A DNA stretch of 64,000 nt from an uncultured Alphaproteobacteria bacterium (GCA_963711215.1 CAVQDH010000006.1:176737-240736); one strand, 5' to 3'; numbered from the stretch's first letter, positions 21,511 through 32,164 are shown. Numbers and translations are program-made. Notes: generated from the sequence alone by a model not told the origin.

Positions 21511-23242
21511 TCACTTCTTCTGTTGGCGGGCGACGACACTCGTCGGATTGAGGTTGCCGATGCGGCCACTCTCGGTACCGGCTTTCTCGTCGATCACCGC
21601 GTTGACCAGCGTCGGGCGGCCGGAGGCCAGAGCCTTCTCGACCGCTTGCCGCAGCTCGTCCGGCGTCGTCGCGTTGACGCCGTCGCCGCCGAAGGCCTCA
21701 ATCATCTTGTCGTAGCGGGAGTTCTTGACGAACACCGTCGGTGCCGCGTCCGAACCGCCGGACGGATTGACGTCGGTACCGCGGTATATGCCGCCGTTGT
21801 TGAAGACGACGACGCAGACCGGCAGGTTGTATCGGCAGATCGTCTCGATCTCCATGCCGGAGAAGCCGAAGGCGCTATCGCCCTCGACCGCGAGCACCGG
21901 CTTGCCCGTCACGACGGCCGCCGCGATGGCGAAGCCCATGCCGATCCCCATCACGCCCCAGGTGCCGACATCCAGGCGTTTCCGCGGTTTGTAGATGTCG
22001 ATGATGCTGCGGGCGAAATCGAGCGTGTTGGCGCCCTCGTTCACCAGGATCGTGTCGGGTTGTGCCTTGATGATGTCGCGGAGCGACGCCAAGCGCGCCG
22101 TGGAAGTCCATCGGGACGTTGTTGTTGCGCAGCCGGGGCGCCATCCGTTCGACGTTGGTTTGCACCTTGTCCCGCACGCTCGTGGTCCAGTCCGCCGGCG
22201 GCGCGGTCCAATCCTTGCCCATCTGCGCCAACATCGCGGACACGCAGGACCCGATGTCGCCGACCACGGGGGCGGTGATGGCGACGTTGCTGTCCATTTC
22301 CTTCGGCTCGATGTCGACATGGATGAACGTTTTGGAGTAGGGCTCGCCCCATGCCTTGCCCTTGCCGTGCGACAGCAACCAGTTGAGTCGCGCTCCGATC
22401 AGCATCACGACGTCGGATTCCTTCAATACCAGCGACCGCGCGGCGCCCGCGGACTGCGGGTGGTCGTCGGGAAGCAGGCCCTTGGCCATGCTCATGGGCA
22501 GGTAGGGAATACCGGACTTTTCGACGAAGGCGCGAATCTCTTCGTCGGCCTGGGCGTAGGCGGCGCCCTTGCCGAGGATGATCAGGGGCCGCTTGGCGCC
22601 TTTCAGCACATCGAGGGCGCGCGTCACGGACTCCGGAGCCGGGGGCTGTGCCGGTGCCGGATCGACGACCTCGACCAGGGACTTCTGGCCGTCCTCGTAA
22701 TCCATGGTCTGGCCGAAGAGCTTGGCGGGCAGGTCGAGATAGACGCCGCCCGGCCGGCCCGAACAGGCGGCGCGGATAGCGCGGGCGATGCCGATGCCGA
22801 TATCCTGGGCGTGCAGCACCCGGAAGGCCGCCTTGCACAGCGGCTTGGCGACGGCCAGCTGGTCCATCTCCTCGTAGTCGCCCTGCTGCAGGTCGACAAT
22901 CTCGCGTTCGGACGAGCCGCTGATCAGGATCATCGGAAAGCAATTCGTCGTCGCGTTGGCGAGCGCCGTGAGACCGTTGAGGAAGCCTGGCGCCGACACG
23001 GTAAGGCAGATGCCCGGCTTCTTGGTCAGGAAGCCCGCGATGGCGGCGGCCTGACCCGCGTTCTGCTCGTGCCGGAAGGAAATCACGCGCATTCCTTGCG
23101 CCTGGGCGAAGCGTCCGAGATCGGTAATCGGAATGCCGGGCACGTTGAAGATCGTGTCGATGCCGTTCAGTTTCAGCGCATCGATGACCAGGTGAAACCC
23201 GTCGGTCAGCTGGGCCTCGGGAACAGTCTCGGAAACTGCCAT
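21511..23242 (-). pseudogene. oxc: Oxalyl-CoA decarboxylase (ThDP-dependent), frameshifted near 22088
   Basis: ORF 21875..23242 is Oxc-like up to ...[10 protein letters not shown]. It continues as [23 protein letters not shown]...[15 protein letters not shown]...[11 protein letters not shown] (ThDP motif) in ORF 21511..22320. Confidence 0.85.
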
Positions 23243-23298
23243 GGGTTTTTCTCCCTCAGAGTCGTCTCGCCCTGACGCGGCGAGCTCATCTGCTAACG

Positions 23299-23989
23299 TC
23301 AGTCCAGATAGTGCGCGGTCATGTCCACATGCGAAGCGAGCCCGAAGGTGTGCTCGCGCACGAGCCGCTCGGCCAGATCGGCGTCCCGCCGTTCCAGCGC
23401 CTCGATGATATGCATGTGATCGATGATCGATCGGCTCGCGCGGTTATCCTCGGCGATGGTGCGCATACGGATCCAGCGCATATGGGCGAGCAGGTTTTCC
23501 GCCATCTGGTTCAGCAGGTCGCATTGGCTCATGCTGAGAATGGCCTGATGGAACTCGATATTCGTCTCGGAATACTCGTCGATATTCGCCTGGACCTGAT
23601 CGTCGTCGAAGGTCGTGAACATGCGGCGCAGCGAGGCGACCTCCTTGTCGCTGGCGCGCTCCGTGATCAGCCGCGCGGCCATGCTTTCCAGCGCCGCCCA
23701 GACGGTGATCATCTCCAGGATCTCCTTCTTCGTCTTGCGGACGACGAAGGCGCCGCGCCGGGGAATCACCTTGACGAAGCCTTCCTGCTCCAGCCGGGTG
23801 ATCGCTTCGCGCACCGGCGTGCGGCTGACGCCGAAATTCTCCGAAAGCTCGCGCTCGTCGAGCCGCGTCTCGCCCGGATGTGGCATAGACGTTCATCGAC
23901 AGGATCGCCTGCTTCAAGCCGTCATAGACCTTGTCCTTGAGGACGAAATTTACATCGATCGGCTTGATGAGTAGCTTGGCAGTCGACAT
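23299..23989 (-). pseudogene. GntR-family (FadR/FCD subfamily) transcriptional regulator, frameshifted near 23884
   Basis: The N-terminus MSTAKLLIKPIDVNFVLKDKVYDGLKQAILSMNVYA (ORF 23444..23989) joins HPGETRLDERELSENFGVSRTPVREAITRLEQEGFV (winged HTH) plus an FCD domain in ORF 23299..23886. Confidence 0.8.
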
Positions 23990-24062
23990 CGGAATTTCGC
24001 CTGACAGGGATAACGCATTGACCGGCCTACCCGCACAGGCGGGCCGCCGACGACTGGAATTC

Positions 24063-24091
24063 GGTATCTGGTATTCAGTATACCAGATACC
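24063..24091. promoter_or_regulatory. Candidate GntR-type operator palindrome upstream of the GntR gene
   Basis: ggtatctggtat-tcagt-ataccagatacc has perfect 12-bp arms. It lies about 75 nt upstream of the regulator start and contains the TGGTAT/ATACCA half-sites typical of GntR/FadR operators. Confidence 0.6.
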
Positions 24092-24181
24092 GGGACGGCG
24101 GCAAGTTTGATCTCTTGCCTCTGCCCCTAAATTTCTTGTTCGAGCGAACGGCTTGATTATTACGCCTCGGTTTCGCCGCCG

Positions 24182-25693
24182 TCACGCTCCGACCGTCTTT
24201 GCTTGCCGCCGCCGGATGTATTTCCGCAAGGGGGCGACCAGCAGGATAAGGGCGACCACCGTGATGACGCCCGAAATCGGCCGCCCGAAGAAGATTCCGA
24301 ACGATCCCTGCGACATGATCAGGGACTGGCGCATCGATGCTTCCGCCAGGGGGCCCAGCACGATGGCCAGCACCGCCGGCGCCAGGGGATAGTCGAGCTT
24401 TCGCATGAGATAGCCCACCACGCCGAAGATCAGCATGAGCCAGACGTCATGCATGTCCTGGGTCGGCGCGTAACCGCCGACGACGCAGAGAATGTAGATG
24501 ATGGGGGCGAGGATGGTGAACGGCAGCCGGAGCATCATGAGGAAGGCCGGGATGAAGGCCAGATTGATGAGCAGCGCGAACACGTTGGCGACATAGAGGC
24601 TGGCGATCAGCCCCCACACGAACTCGGTGTGGTTGACGAAGAGCAGCGGCCCCGGCTCGAGGCCCCAGATCACCATGCCGCCGAGCAGGATCGCCGTGGT
24701 CGGCGAGCCGGGAATGCCGAGCGTCAGCATCGGCAGCATCGAGCCGGTGCTGGCCGCGTTGTTGGCGGATTCGGGCGCGACGACGCCGTTGATGTTGCCC
24801 TTGCCGAAGCTTTCGGGGTCCTTCGCCATGGTCTTGGCGATGCCGTAGGCCATCAGCGAGCCTGGCGTGGCGCCGGCCGCGGGCAGGATTCCGACGAAAT
24901 ATCCGAGCAAAGACCCCATGAGTACCGTCTTCACCGAATGCCGGAGCTCGGAGACGGCGGTGATGATGCCGCGGAGCGAGATCTTGGCCGCGGTGACGAC
25001 CATCTCGCCATGCGTCGTCTCGATCACCCACAACATCTCGCCGATGCCGTAGATGCCGATGGCGAGGACCAGGAAGTTGATGCCGTGGTAGAAGCCCGGG
25101 AGGTCGAAAAAGATCAGCCGCGGCTTGCCGCTGACGATGTCGAGCCCGACGGCGCTCAGCGCCAGCCCGAGAAAAATGGAAAAGAACGTCTTCGGGATAT
25201 CGTCGCCGCCGAGCCCGATGAAGGTGGCGAAGGCGAGCAGCATCAGCGCGAATTCCTCGGGCGGCCCGAAGGCGAGGGCGGCTTCGGCCAGCGGCGGCGC
25301 GAAGAAGGTGAACAGCAGGACCGAGATCGATCCGCCGACGAAGGACGCCGAAGCGGCGGCGATCAGCGCACGGTCGGCCTTGCCCTGCAGCGCCAAAGGC
25401 CGGCCGTCGAAGGTGGTCGCGACCGCCGTCGACGCGCCGGGAATCCCCAGCGTGATCGAGCTGATCGCACCGCCATACATCGCGCCGTAATAGAGCGCGC
25501 CGAGAAAGATGATGGCGCCGGTCGGCGGCACGAGGAAGGTCATCGGCAGCAGGATCGCGACGCCGTTCACCGAGCCCAGCCCCGGCATCGCGCCGATGAA
25601 CAACCCGGCGACGCAGCCGAAGACGACCAGCATCAGGTTCAACGGCTCGAAGGCGACAGAAAAGCCGTTCATCAGGAAGTGCAGAGTATCCAT
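24182..25693 (-). CDS. tctA: Tripartite tricarboxylate transporter large permease TctA
   Basis: 503-aa polytopic membrane protein starting MDTLHFLMNGFSVAFEPLNLMLVVFGCVAGLFIGAMPGLG. Intact. Confidence 0.9.
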   Translation of the reverse strand: MDTLHFLMNGFSVAFEPLNLMLVVFGCVAGLFIGAMPGLGSVNGVAILLPMTFLVPPTGAIIFLGALYYGAMYGGAISSITLGIPGASTAVATTFDGRPLALQGKADRALIAAASASFVGGSISVLLFTFFAPPLAEAALAFGPPEEFALMLLAFATFIGLGGDDIPKTFFSIFLGLALSAVGLDIVSGKPRLIFFDLPGFYHGINFLVLAIGIYGIGEMLWVIETTHGEMVVTAAKISLRGIITAVSELRHSVKTVLMGSLLGYFVGILPAAGATPGSLMAYGIAKTMAKDPESFGKGNINGVVAPESANNAASTGSMLPMLTLGIPGSPTTAILLGGMVIWGLEPGPLLFVNHTEFVWGLIASLYVANVFALLINLAFIPAFLMMLRLPFTILAPIIYILCVVGGYAPTQDMHDVWLMLIFGVVGYLMRKLDYPLAPAVLAIVLGPLAEASMRQSLIMSQGSFGIFFGRPISGVITVVALILLVAPLRKYIRRRQAKTVGA

Positions 25694-25708
25694 GGCTGCT
25701 TTCTGGCC

Positions 25709-26209
25709 CTAAAGGAACAGGTCGTAGAGCGGATAGAAGGCCGGCTCGGTCATGCCCTTCGGGAGCGTGATCTTCAGCGCGATCTCGAAGAAGAAGAAGG
25801 TTGCAACGGGGGCCGCGAGGGCGATCGATACCATCAGCGGCCATTTATGGTGGCCGAGAGTCCGCATGTAGAAGATCAGGAACAGCGGCATCGCGACATA
25901 GACGCCGACGAAATGAATCGAGCCGATCATGATCGTGAGCGAGCCCGCGCCGATCAGGAACAGCTTGAAGGCGCGGGGGGTCATGAACGGCTCGGTCGAT
26001 TGCGAGGGCGGGCTGGTGCGCCGGGCCCACCGCAGGACGATCAGCCCGCAGCAGACCAGCATCCCGGCGCCGAGCCAGAAGGGAAAGGCGCCGCCCCCGG
26101 GTCCGGATCCCTTGATCCAGCCGATGGGCAGATCGTGATAACTCATCCACATGATGCTGACAGAGAAGATCGCCAGGCACACGGCCATGACCAATTCCGC
26201 CACGCGCAT
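25709..26209 (-). CDS. tctB: Tripartite tricarboxylate transporter small membrane protein TctB
   Basis: ATG at 26209 with a GGGAGG RBS. Four hydrophobic spans. Sits between tctC and tctA. Confidence 0.75.
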   Translation of the reverse strand: MRVAELVMAVCLAIFSVSIMWMSYHDLPIGWIKGSGPGGGAFPFWLGAGMLVCCGLIVLRWARRTSPPSQSTEPFMTPRAFKLFLIGAGSLTIMIGSIHFVGVYVAMPLFLIFYMRTLGHHKWPLMVSIALAAPVATFFFFEIALKITLPKGMTEPAFYPLYDLFL

Positions 26210-26250
26210 ATCGGCGACCTCCCTGCAGCGACCGACAAATCGGTTCGGTG

Positions 26251-27270
26251 TTATTTGAGCTCGCCCAATTCCTCGAGCAGCTTCTTGTGGACGTCCCGCT
26301 CCTTGAGGAAGTACGCGGCAAGCTTCGGGCCGGTGAGCCAGCCGGGCACGAGGCCCTTCGACTTCAAGTAGTCCTGCCACTCTTTCGAGTCGTAGACCTT
26401 CTTGAAGACGCCGACGTAGAAGGCCTGCACGTCCTTGTCGATCTTGGCCGGCGCGACGACGCTGCGCTGCATGTAGTAGACCATGTCGTCGCCGTACCCG
26501 AGCTCCTCAAAGGTCGGGATCTTCCCGAACCGGCCCGTCAGCTTGCCCTTCGGCGTGAAGCTGGCGAGCGGCTTCGACTTGCCGGCTTCCCAGAAGCCGA
26601 CCTGCTCGGACGGATTGTTCACCGTCGAGTTGATCTGATCGCCGACCAGCTCCTTCGCGACCGTCCCGCCGCCCTTGAAGGGGACATAGGTCATTTTGAG
26701 ATTGAATTTTTTCTCCAGCATGGCGGTCACCAGGGAATCTTCCTGGCCCTTGCCGGTGCCGCCCATCTTCCAATTCGCCGGGCCGGCGGCCTTGACCGCC
26801 TTGATGTATTCCGGCACCGAGTTGATGTGGCTGTCCGTGCTGACCCACAGCTGGAAGGTGTCTTCGGCCATCCGCGCAATCGGCGTGAAATTCTTGATGT
26901 CGACGCCGATCCCCGGATTGCGCAGCGGCGTGGTGTAATAGCTGTTGAGGGTCGCCATGATGACGTGCGGGTCGCCGGCCTTGTCCTTCAGGTAGCGCAA
27001 CGCTTCCGCGCCGGAGCCGCCGCCCTTGTTCACCGGCACGAAGGGCTTCGGTGAAAAATGATGCTTTTCGATGATGCCTTGGATAAAGCGGGCGAGGCGA
27101 TCGGCGCCGCCGCCCTTGCCGGCCATGATGACGAACTCGACCGGCTTTCTCGGTTGCCATTCCGCGACCGCACTCTGCGGTATCGCGACACTGGCGGCGG
27201 TCGACAGGGTGACGACCGCAAATCCTCCCAGCCAAGCGCGTCGGCTCAGCCACTTCGCAAAGTATGCCAT
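26251..27270 (-). CDS. tctC: Tripartite tricarboxylate transporter substrate-binding protein TctC (Bug family)
   Basis: ATG at 27270 with a GGGAGGAG RBS. Signal peptide ...SVAIPQSAVA. Bug-family core ...PFKGGGTVAKELVGDQI... Confidence 0.85.
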   Translation of the reverse strand: MAYFAKWLSRRAWLGGFAVVTLSTAASVAIPQSAVAEWQPRKPVEFVIMAGKGGGADRLARFIQGIIEKHHFSPKPFVPVNKGGGSGAEALRYLKDKAGDPHVIMATLNSYYTTPLRNPGIGVDIKNFTPIARMAEDTFQLWVSTDSHINSVPEYIKAVKAAGPANWKMGGTGKGQEDSLVTAMLEKKFNLKMTYVPFKGGGTVAKELVGDQINSTVNNPSEQVGFWEAGKSKPLASFTPKGKLTGRFGKIPTFEELGYGDDMVYYMQRSVVAPAKIDKDVQAFYVGVFKKVYDSKEWQDYLKSKGLVPGWLTGPKLAAYFLKERDVHKKLLEELGELK

Positions 27271-27500
27271 TTTCTCCTCCCTAATTGTGTCATTGGCGCT
27301 TGCGCGGTCCGTTTCTCGGTTCTTATCCGCGCCGCTTGTTGTTATTCCCGCCGTTTTTGCCCCGGCCAAACCGCCGTTGGGTCTATTTTCTCGTTACCGG
27401 CGAGCTCGCGAATTTGCGCCGTTCATATCTGTCGCTCGTCTCGTGCGACCACTTTCTCCTTCAGTTGCCGTGTCATTTTCCAGTATTACGGATATATCAT

Positions 27501-27513
27501 ACTGTATACCAGA
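27501..27513. promoter_or_regulatory. Second GntR-operator-like site in the tctC / formate dehydrogenase divergent region
   Basis: actgtataccaga resembles the right arm tcagtataccaga of the 24063-24091 palindrome. It lies within the larger imperfect dyad cagtat...atactg (27481-27505). Confidence 0.4.
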
Positions 27514-27689
27514 CCATAGATTCGCGTTACGGACAATGCGAAATCAGGCCTTGGTGACAGGCTCCGGCGCCTGACCTTCGTGATGGCGGACGCGGCGCCG
27601 GGGATCGCGGAAGGCGACGGTCATGGTGTTGGATATCCACTATCGCTCGCGTAATGTACGGTGCGGCTTGGCTTCGGGAATGGGCATCG

Positions 27690-29402
27690 ATGGCGAATGA
27701 TGGCGCAAGCGGCGGCGGATCACCGCGGCGGATCGACCCGGGCTCGGGGCGGCGGAAGTCGCCCGCTTTTTCGCGCGGCCGTCAGCTCGATTCGCAGGCC
27801 CGCGAGGAGATCGCCCGGCTGCTGGACGAGCGGTCGCGCGCCCGCGACCTGCTGATCGAGCACCTGCACCTGATTCAGGACACCTATGGCTGCCTCTCCG
27901 CGGCGCATCTGCAGGCGCTGGCGGCCGAAATGAAGCTGGCCATGGCCGAGGTGTACGAAGTGGCGTCCTTCTATGCCCATTTCGACATCGTGCTCGACGG
28001 CGAAACGCCGCCGCCCGCGCTGACGGTGCGGGTCTGCGACAGCCTGACCTGCGCGCTTGCCGGCGGCGAGGCCTTGCGCGCGGCGCTGTCGGACCGCCTC
28101 GGCGGTGATGTGCGCGTGGTGCGCGCGCCGTGCATGGGGCGCTGCGACGTGGCTCCGGTCGCCGAGGTCGGTCATCGCTACGTCGACACGGCCGATATCG
28201 CGTCGGTGGCCGCAGCGGTGGAGGGCGGCGATTTCCATCCGGAGATCCCGGACCATCAGGAATTCGACGACTATGTCGCGGACGGCGGCTATACGCTGTT
28301 GAAGGAATGCCGCGCGGGAATACGGAAGGCCGAGGACCTGATCAAGGCGCTGGAGGAGTCCGGCCTGCGCGGTCTCGGCGGCGCGGGATTTCCGACCGGC
28401 CGCAAATGGCGCTTCGTGCGCCAGGAGAAGGGCCCGCGCCTGATGGCGGTCAACGCCGACGAGGGCGAGCCGGGGACTTTCAAGGACCGCTACTATCTCG
28501 AGCGCGACCCGCATCGCTTCCTCGAAGGCATGCTGGTCGCCGCCTGGGTCGTCGAGGCGCAGGCCGTCTACATCTACCTGCGCGACGAGTATCCGGCGGC
28601 GCGCGAGATCCTGCTGCGCGCAATCACCCGTGTGGAACGCGAAGGGCTGAATGGCGGCTGCACGATCCATCTGCGCCGGGGCGCCGGCGCCTATATCTGC
28701 GGCGAGGAATCGGCGATGCTGGAAAGCATCGAGGGCAAGCGCGGGCTGCCGCGCCACAAGCCGCCGTTCCCCAGCCAGGTCGGCCTGTTCGGGCGGCCGA
28801 CGCTGATCCACAATGTCGAGACGCTCTTCTGGGTGCGGGATCTCGTCGAGAAGGGCGCGGCCTGGTTCACCGGCGAAGGCCGCAACGGCCGGCAGGGCCT
28901 GCGCAGCTTCTCGGTTTCGGGACGGGTGAAGAGCCCGGGGGTTAAGCTTGCGCCCGCCGGCGTCACGGTGCAGGAGCTGATCGACGAATATTGCGGCGGC
29001 ATGGCCGAGGGCCATCGCTTCAAGGCCTATCTTCCCGGCGGCGCCTCGGGCGGCATCCTGCCGGCCCGCATGGCGGACGTCCCGCTGGATTTCGGAACGC
29101 TCGAGCAGTTCGGCAGCTTCATCGGCTCGGCCGCGGTTGTCGTGCTGTCCGACAAGGACGATATCAAAGGGGTGGCGCTCAATCTCATGCGCTTCTTCGA
29201 GGACGAGAGCTGCGGGCAATGCACGCCCTGCCGCGTCGGCACCGAGAAGGCGGTGGCGCTGATGTCTGAAAAGGACTGGGACGGGGCGCTGCTGCGCGAT
29301 TTGAGCGCGGCGATGGCGTCCGCCTCGATCTGCGGGCTGGGCCAGGCCGCGCCGAACCCGCTCTTGTGTCTCCTGAAGTATTTTCCGGAGGAGCTGACAT
29401 GA
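27690..29402 (+). CDS. fdsB: NAD-dependent formate dehydrogenase beta subunit (fused NuoE-like plus NuoF-like diaphorase)
   Basis: N-terminal thioredoxin-like 2Fe-2S region (CDSLTCALAGG...CMGRCDVAP). NuoF-like region (GLGGAGFPTGRKW, ESCGQCTPCR). The ATGA stop/start overlap with the alpha subunit gene suggests translational coupling. Confidence 0.85.
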   Translation: MANDGASGGGSPRRIDPGSGRRKSPAFSRGRQLDSQAREEIARLLDERSRARDLLIEHLHLIQDTYGCLSAAHLQALAAEMKLAMAEVYEVASFYAHFDIVLDGETPPPALTVRVCDSLTCALAGGEALRAALSDRLGGDVRVVRAPCMGRCDVAPVAEVGHRYVDTADIASVAAAVEGGDFHPEIPDHQEFDDYVADGGYTLLKECRAGIRKAEDLIKALEESGLRGLGGAGFPTGRKWRFVRQEKGPRLMAVNADEGEPGTFKDRYYLERDPHRFLEGMLVAAWVVEAQAVYIYLRDEYPAAREILLRAITRVEREGLNGGCTIHLRRGAGAYICGEESAMLESIEGKRGLPRHKPPFPSQVGLFGRPTLIHNVETLFWVRDLVEKGAAWFTGEGRNGRQGLRSFSVSGRVKSPGVKLAPAGVTVQELIDEYCGGMAEGHRFKAYLPGGASGGILPARMADVPLDFGTLEQFGSFIGSAAVVVLSDKDDIKGVALNLMRFFEDESCGQCTPCRVGTEKAVALMSEKDWDGALLRDLSAAMASASICGLGQAAPNPLLCLLKYFPEELT

Positions 29403-32164
29403 CCGCGACCATCACCTTCACGCTCGACGGCAAGGAGGTCGAGGCCGGACCGGGCGAGACTATCTGGCAGGTCGCGTCGCGCCAGGGCACGGAGATCCCG
29501 CATCTCTGCTACGCGCCGGAGCCGGGCTATCGGCCGGACGGCAACTGCCGCGCCTGCATGGTGGAGATCGAGGGCGAGCGCGTGCTGGCGGCCTCCTGCA
29601 TCCGCAAGCCCGCGCCGGGCATGGTGGTGCGCTCCGCGTCGGACAAGGCGAAGAGCGCCCGCCGCATGGTGATGGAGCTCTTGATCGCCGATCAGCCGAA
29701 GCGCGACGCGGCGCATGATCCGCGCTCGAAATTCTGGCGCTGGGCCGATGCGATGGGCGTCGCCGGCAGCCGCTTCCCGGCACGTCCCAAGGTCGAGCGG
29801 GACAGCAGCCATGTCGCGATCGCGGTCAATCTGGACGCCTGCATTCACTGCAATCTCTGCGTCCGCGCCTGCCGCGAGGTGCAGGTCAACGACGTCATCG
29901 GCATGGCCTATCGCGGCCACGGCGCCAAGATCGTCTTCGATTTCGACGCGCCGATGGGCAACTCGACCTGCGTCGCCTGCGGTGAATGCGTGCAGGCCTG
30001 CCCGACGGGCGCGCTGATGGAGGCCAGCCTGCTGGACGAGGCCGGCGTGCGCCGCGAATTCGAAGACCGCGACGTGAAGACGCTCTGCCCTTATTGCGGC
30101 GTCGGCTGCCAGACCACGGCGCATGTCAAGGACGACAAGATCCTTTATGTCGATGGCCGCAACGGGCCGGCCAACGAGCAGCGGCTTTGCGTCAAGGGGC
30201 GTTTCGGATTCGACTACATCACCCATCCCCACCGGCTGACCAAGCCGATGATCCGGCGCGACGACGCGCCGAAGGACGGCGCGCTCCGGCTCGATCCGGG
30301 CAATCCCTGGACGCATTTCCGCGAAGCGACCTGGGACGAGGCGCTGGATGCCGCCGCGGCCGGCTTGAAAAAGGTGCTGGACGCGCATGGCGGTTCGGCG
30401 CTCGCCGGCTTCGGCTCGGCGAAGGGCTCGAACGAGGAGGCCTATCTGTTCCAGAAGCTGGTGCGCACCGGCTTCGGCACCAACAATGTCGATCACTGCA
30501 CGCGCCTCTGCCACGCTTCCTCCGTCGCGGCGCTGATGGAGGGCATCGGCTCGGGCGCCGTGACCGCGCCGTTCACGGCGGCGGCCGACGCGGAGTGCAT
30601 CATCGTGATCGGCGCCCGGCCCGAGCAGAACCATCCGGTGGCCGCGACCTATCTCAAGAACGCGACGAAGCGCGGCGCCAAGCTGATCGTCGCCGACCCG
30701 CGCGGACAGGAACTGGCGCGCCACGCCACCTACAGCCTGCAGTTCAAGCCCGGCACCGATGTCGCGCTGCTGAACGCGATGATCCACACGATCATCGAGG
30801 AAGGGCTGACCGACCGCCAATACGTTCAGACGCACACCGAAGGCTTCGAGCAGCTCGCCGCCCGGACGAAGGATTTCTCGCCGGAAAAGATGGCCGCCGT
30901 CTGTGGCATCGACGCGGGGACGATCCGCGAGGTGGCGCGGCTCTACGCGACGTCGACCACGTCGATCATTTTCTGGGGCATGGGCATCTCGCAGTCGGTG
31001 CACGGCACGGACAATGCGCGCTGCCTGATCGCGCTGGCGCTGATCACCGGCCAGGTCGGCCGGCCCGGCACCGGGCTGCATCCGCTGCGCGGACAGAACA
31101 ATGTCCAGGGCGCCTCGGACGCCGGCCTGATCCCGATGGTCTTTCCCGACTACCGCTCGGTCGAGGCGGCCGACATCCGGCAGAAGTTCGAAGATTTCTG
31201 GGGAACGGCGCTCGATCCCAAGCGCGGCCTCACGGTGGTCGAGATCATGAACGCGATCCACGCCGATGAGATCAAGGCGATGTACATCATGGGCGAGAAC
31301 CCGGCGATGTCCGATCCGGACCAGGCGCATGCGCGCGCCGCGCTGGCCAAGCTCGACCACCTGGTGGTGCAGGACATCTTCCTGACCGAGACGGCGTGGC
31401 ACGCGGATGTCGTGCTGCCGGCCTCCGTGCATGCGGAGAAGACCGGCACCTTCACCAACACGAACCGCCAGGTTCAGCTTGCCCGCGAAGTCGTGCCGCT
31501 GCCGGGCGACGCGCGCCAGGACTGGTGGATCATCCAGGAGCTCGCGACCCGGCTTGGCCTCGGCTGGCAATACGGCCATCCGCGCGACGTGTTTGCCGAG
31601 ATGGCGCAGATCATGCCGTCGCTCGCCAACATCACCTGGGAGCGGCTGGAGCGGGAAGAGTTGGTCACCTATCCCTGCGACGCGCCGGACAAGCCGGGCA
31701 ACGAGATCATGTTCGCCGCGGGCTACCCGACGGCGAGCGGGCGCGGCCGGATCGTGCCGACGGATCTGACGCCGCCGGACGAGCTGCCGGATGACGAGTA
31801 TCCGATGGTCCTGACCACCGGGCGCATGCTGGAGCATTGGCATACGGGCGCGATGACGCGGCGGGCCGGGAACCTCAATCAGCTCGAGCCCGAGGCGATT
31901 GCCTGCATGTCGCCCCGCGATATCGACCGCATGGGGCTGGCGCCCGGCGACTTCATCCGGGTGGCGACGCGACGCGGCGCGATCTCGCTGCGCGTCCGCC
32001 AGGACCGCGAGGTGGCGGACGGCATGGTGTTCATCCCCTTCTGCTTCACCGAGGCGGCGGCGAACCTGCTGACCAATCCGCAGCTCGATCCCTTCGGCAA
32101 GATCCCGGAGTTCAAGTTCTGCGCCGCCCGCGTCGAGCCGGCCGAGAGCAAGGCCGCCGAGTAG
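29399..32164 (+). CDS. fdsA: NAD-dependent formate dehydrogenase alpha subunit (Mo/W-bis-PGD, multiple Fe-S clusters)
   Basis: Starts MTATITFTLDGKEVEA... (2Fe-2S). Contains CIHCNLCVRACRE, CVACGECVQACPTGAL and CPYCGVGC, followed by molybdopterin oxidoreductase domains. Intact at 921 aa. Confidence 0.9.
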   Translation: MTATITFTLDGKEVEAGPGETIWQVASRQGTEIPHLCYAPEPGYRPDGNCRACMVEIEGERVLAASCIRKPAPGMVVRSASDKAKSARRMVMELLIADQPKRDAAHDPRSKFWRWADAMGVAGSRFPARPKVERDSSHVAIAVNLDACIHCNLCVRACREVQVNDVIGMAYRGHGAKIVFDFDAPMGNSTCVACGECVQACPTGALMEASLLDEAGVRREFEDRDVKTLCPYCGVGCQTTAHVKDDKILYVDGRNGPANEQRLCVKGRFGFDYITHPHRLTKPMIRRDDAPKDGALRLDPGNPWTHFREATWDEALDAAAAGLKKVLDAHGGSALAGFGSAKGSNEEAYLFQKLVRTGFGTNNVDHCTRLCHASSVAALMEGIGSGAVTAPFTAAADAECIIVIGARPEQNHPVAATYLKNATKRGAKLIVADPRGQELARHATYSLQFKPGTDVALLNAMIHTIIEEGLTDRQYVQTHTEGFEQLAARTKDFSPEKMAAVCGIDAGTIREVARLYATSTTSIIFWGMGISQSVHGTDNARCLIALALITGQVGRPGTGLHPLRGQNNVQGASDAGLIPMVFPDYRSVEAADIRQKFEDFWGTALDPKRGLTVVEIMNAIHADEIKAMYIMGENPAMSDPDQAHARAALAKLDHLVVQDIFLTETAWHADVVLPASVHAEKTGTFTNTNRQVQLAREVVPLPGDARQDWWIIQELATRLGLGWQYGHPRDVFAEMAQIMPSLANITWERLEREELVTYPCDAPDKPGNEIMFAAGYPTASGRGRIVPTDLTPPDELPDDEYPMVLTTGRMLEHWHTGAMTRRAGNLNQLEPEAIACMSPRDIDRMGLAPGDFIRVATRRGAISLRVRQDREVADGMVFIPFCFTEAAANLLTNPQLDPFGKIPEFKFCAARVEPAESKAAE

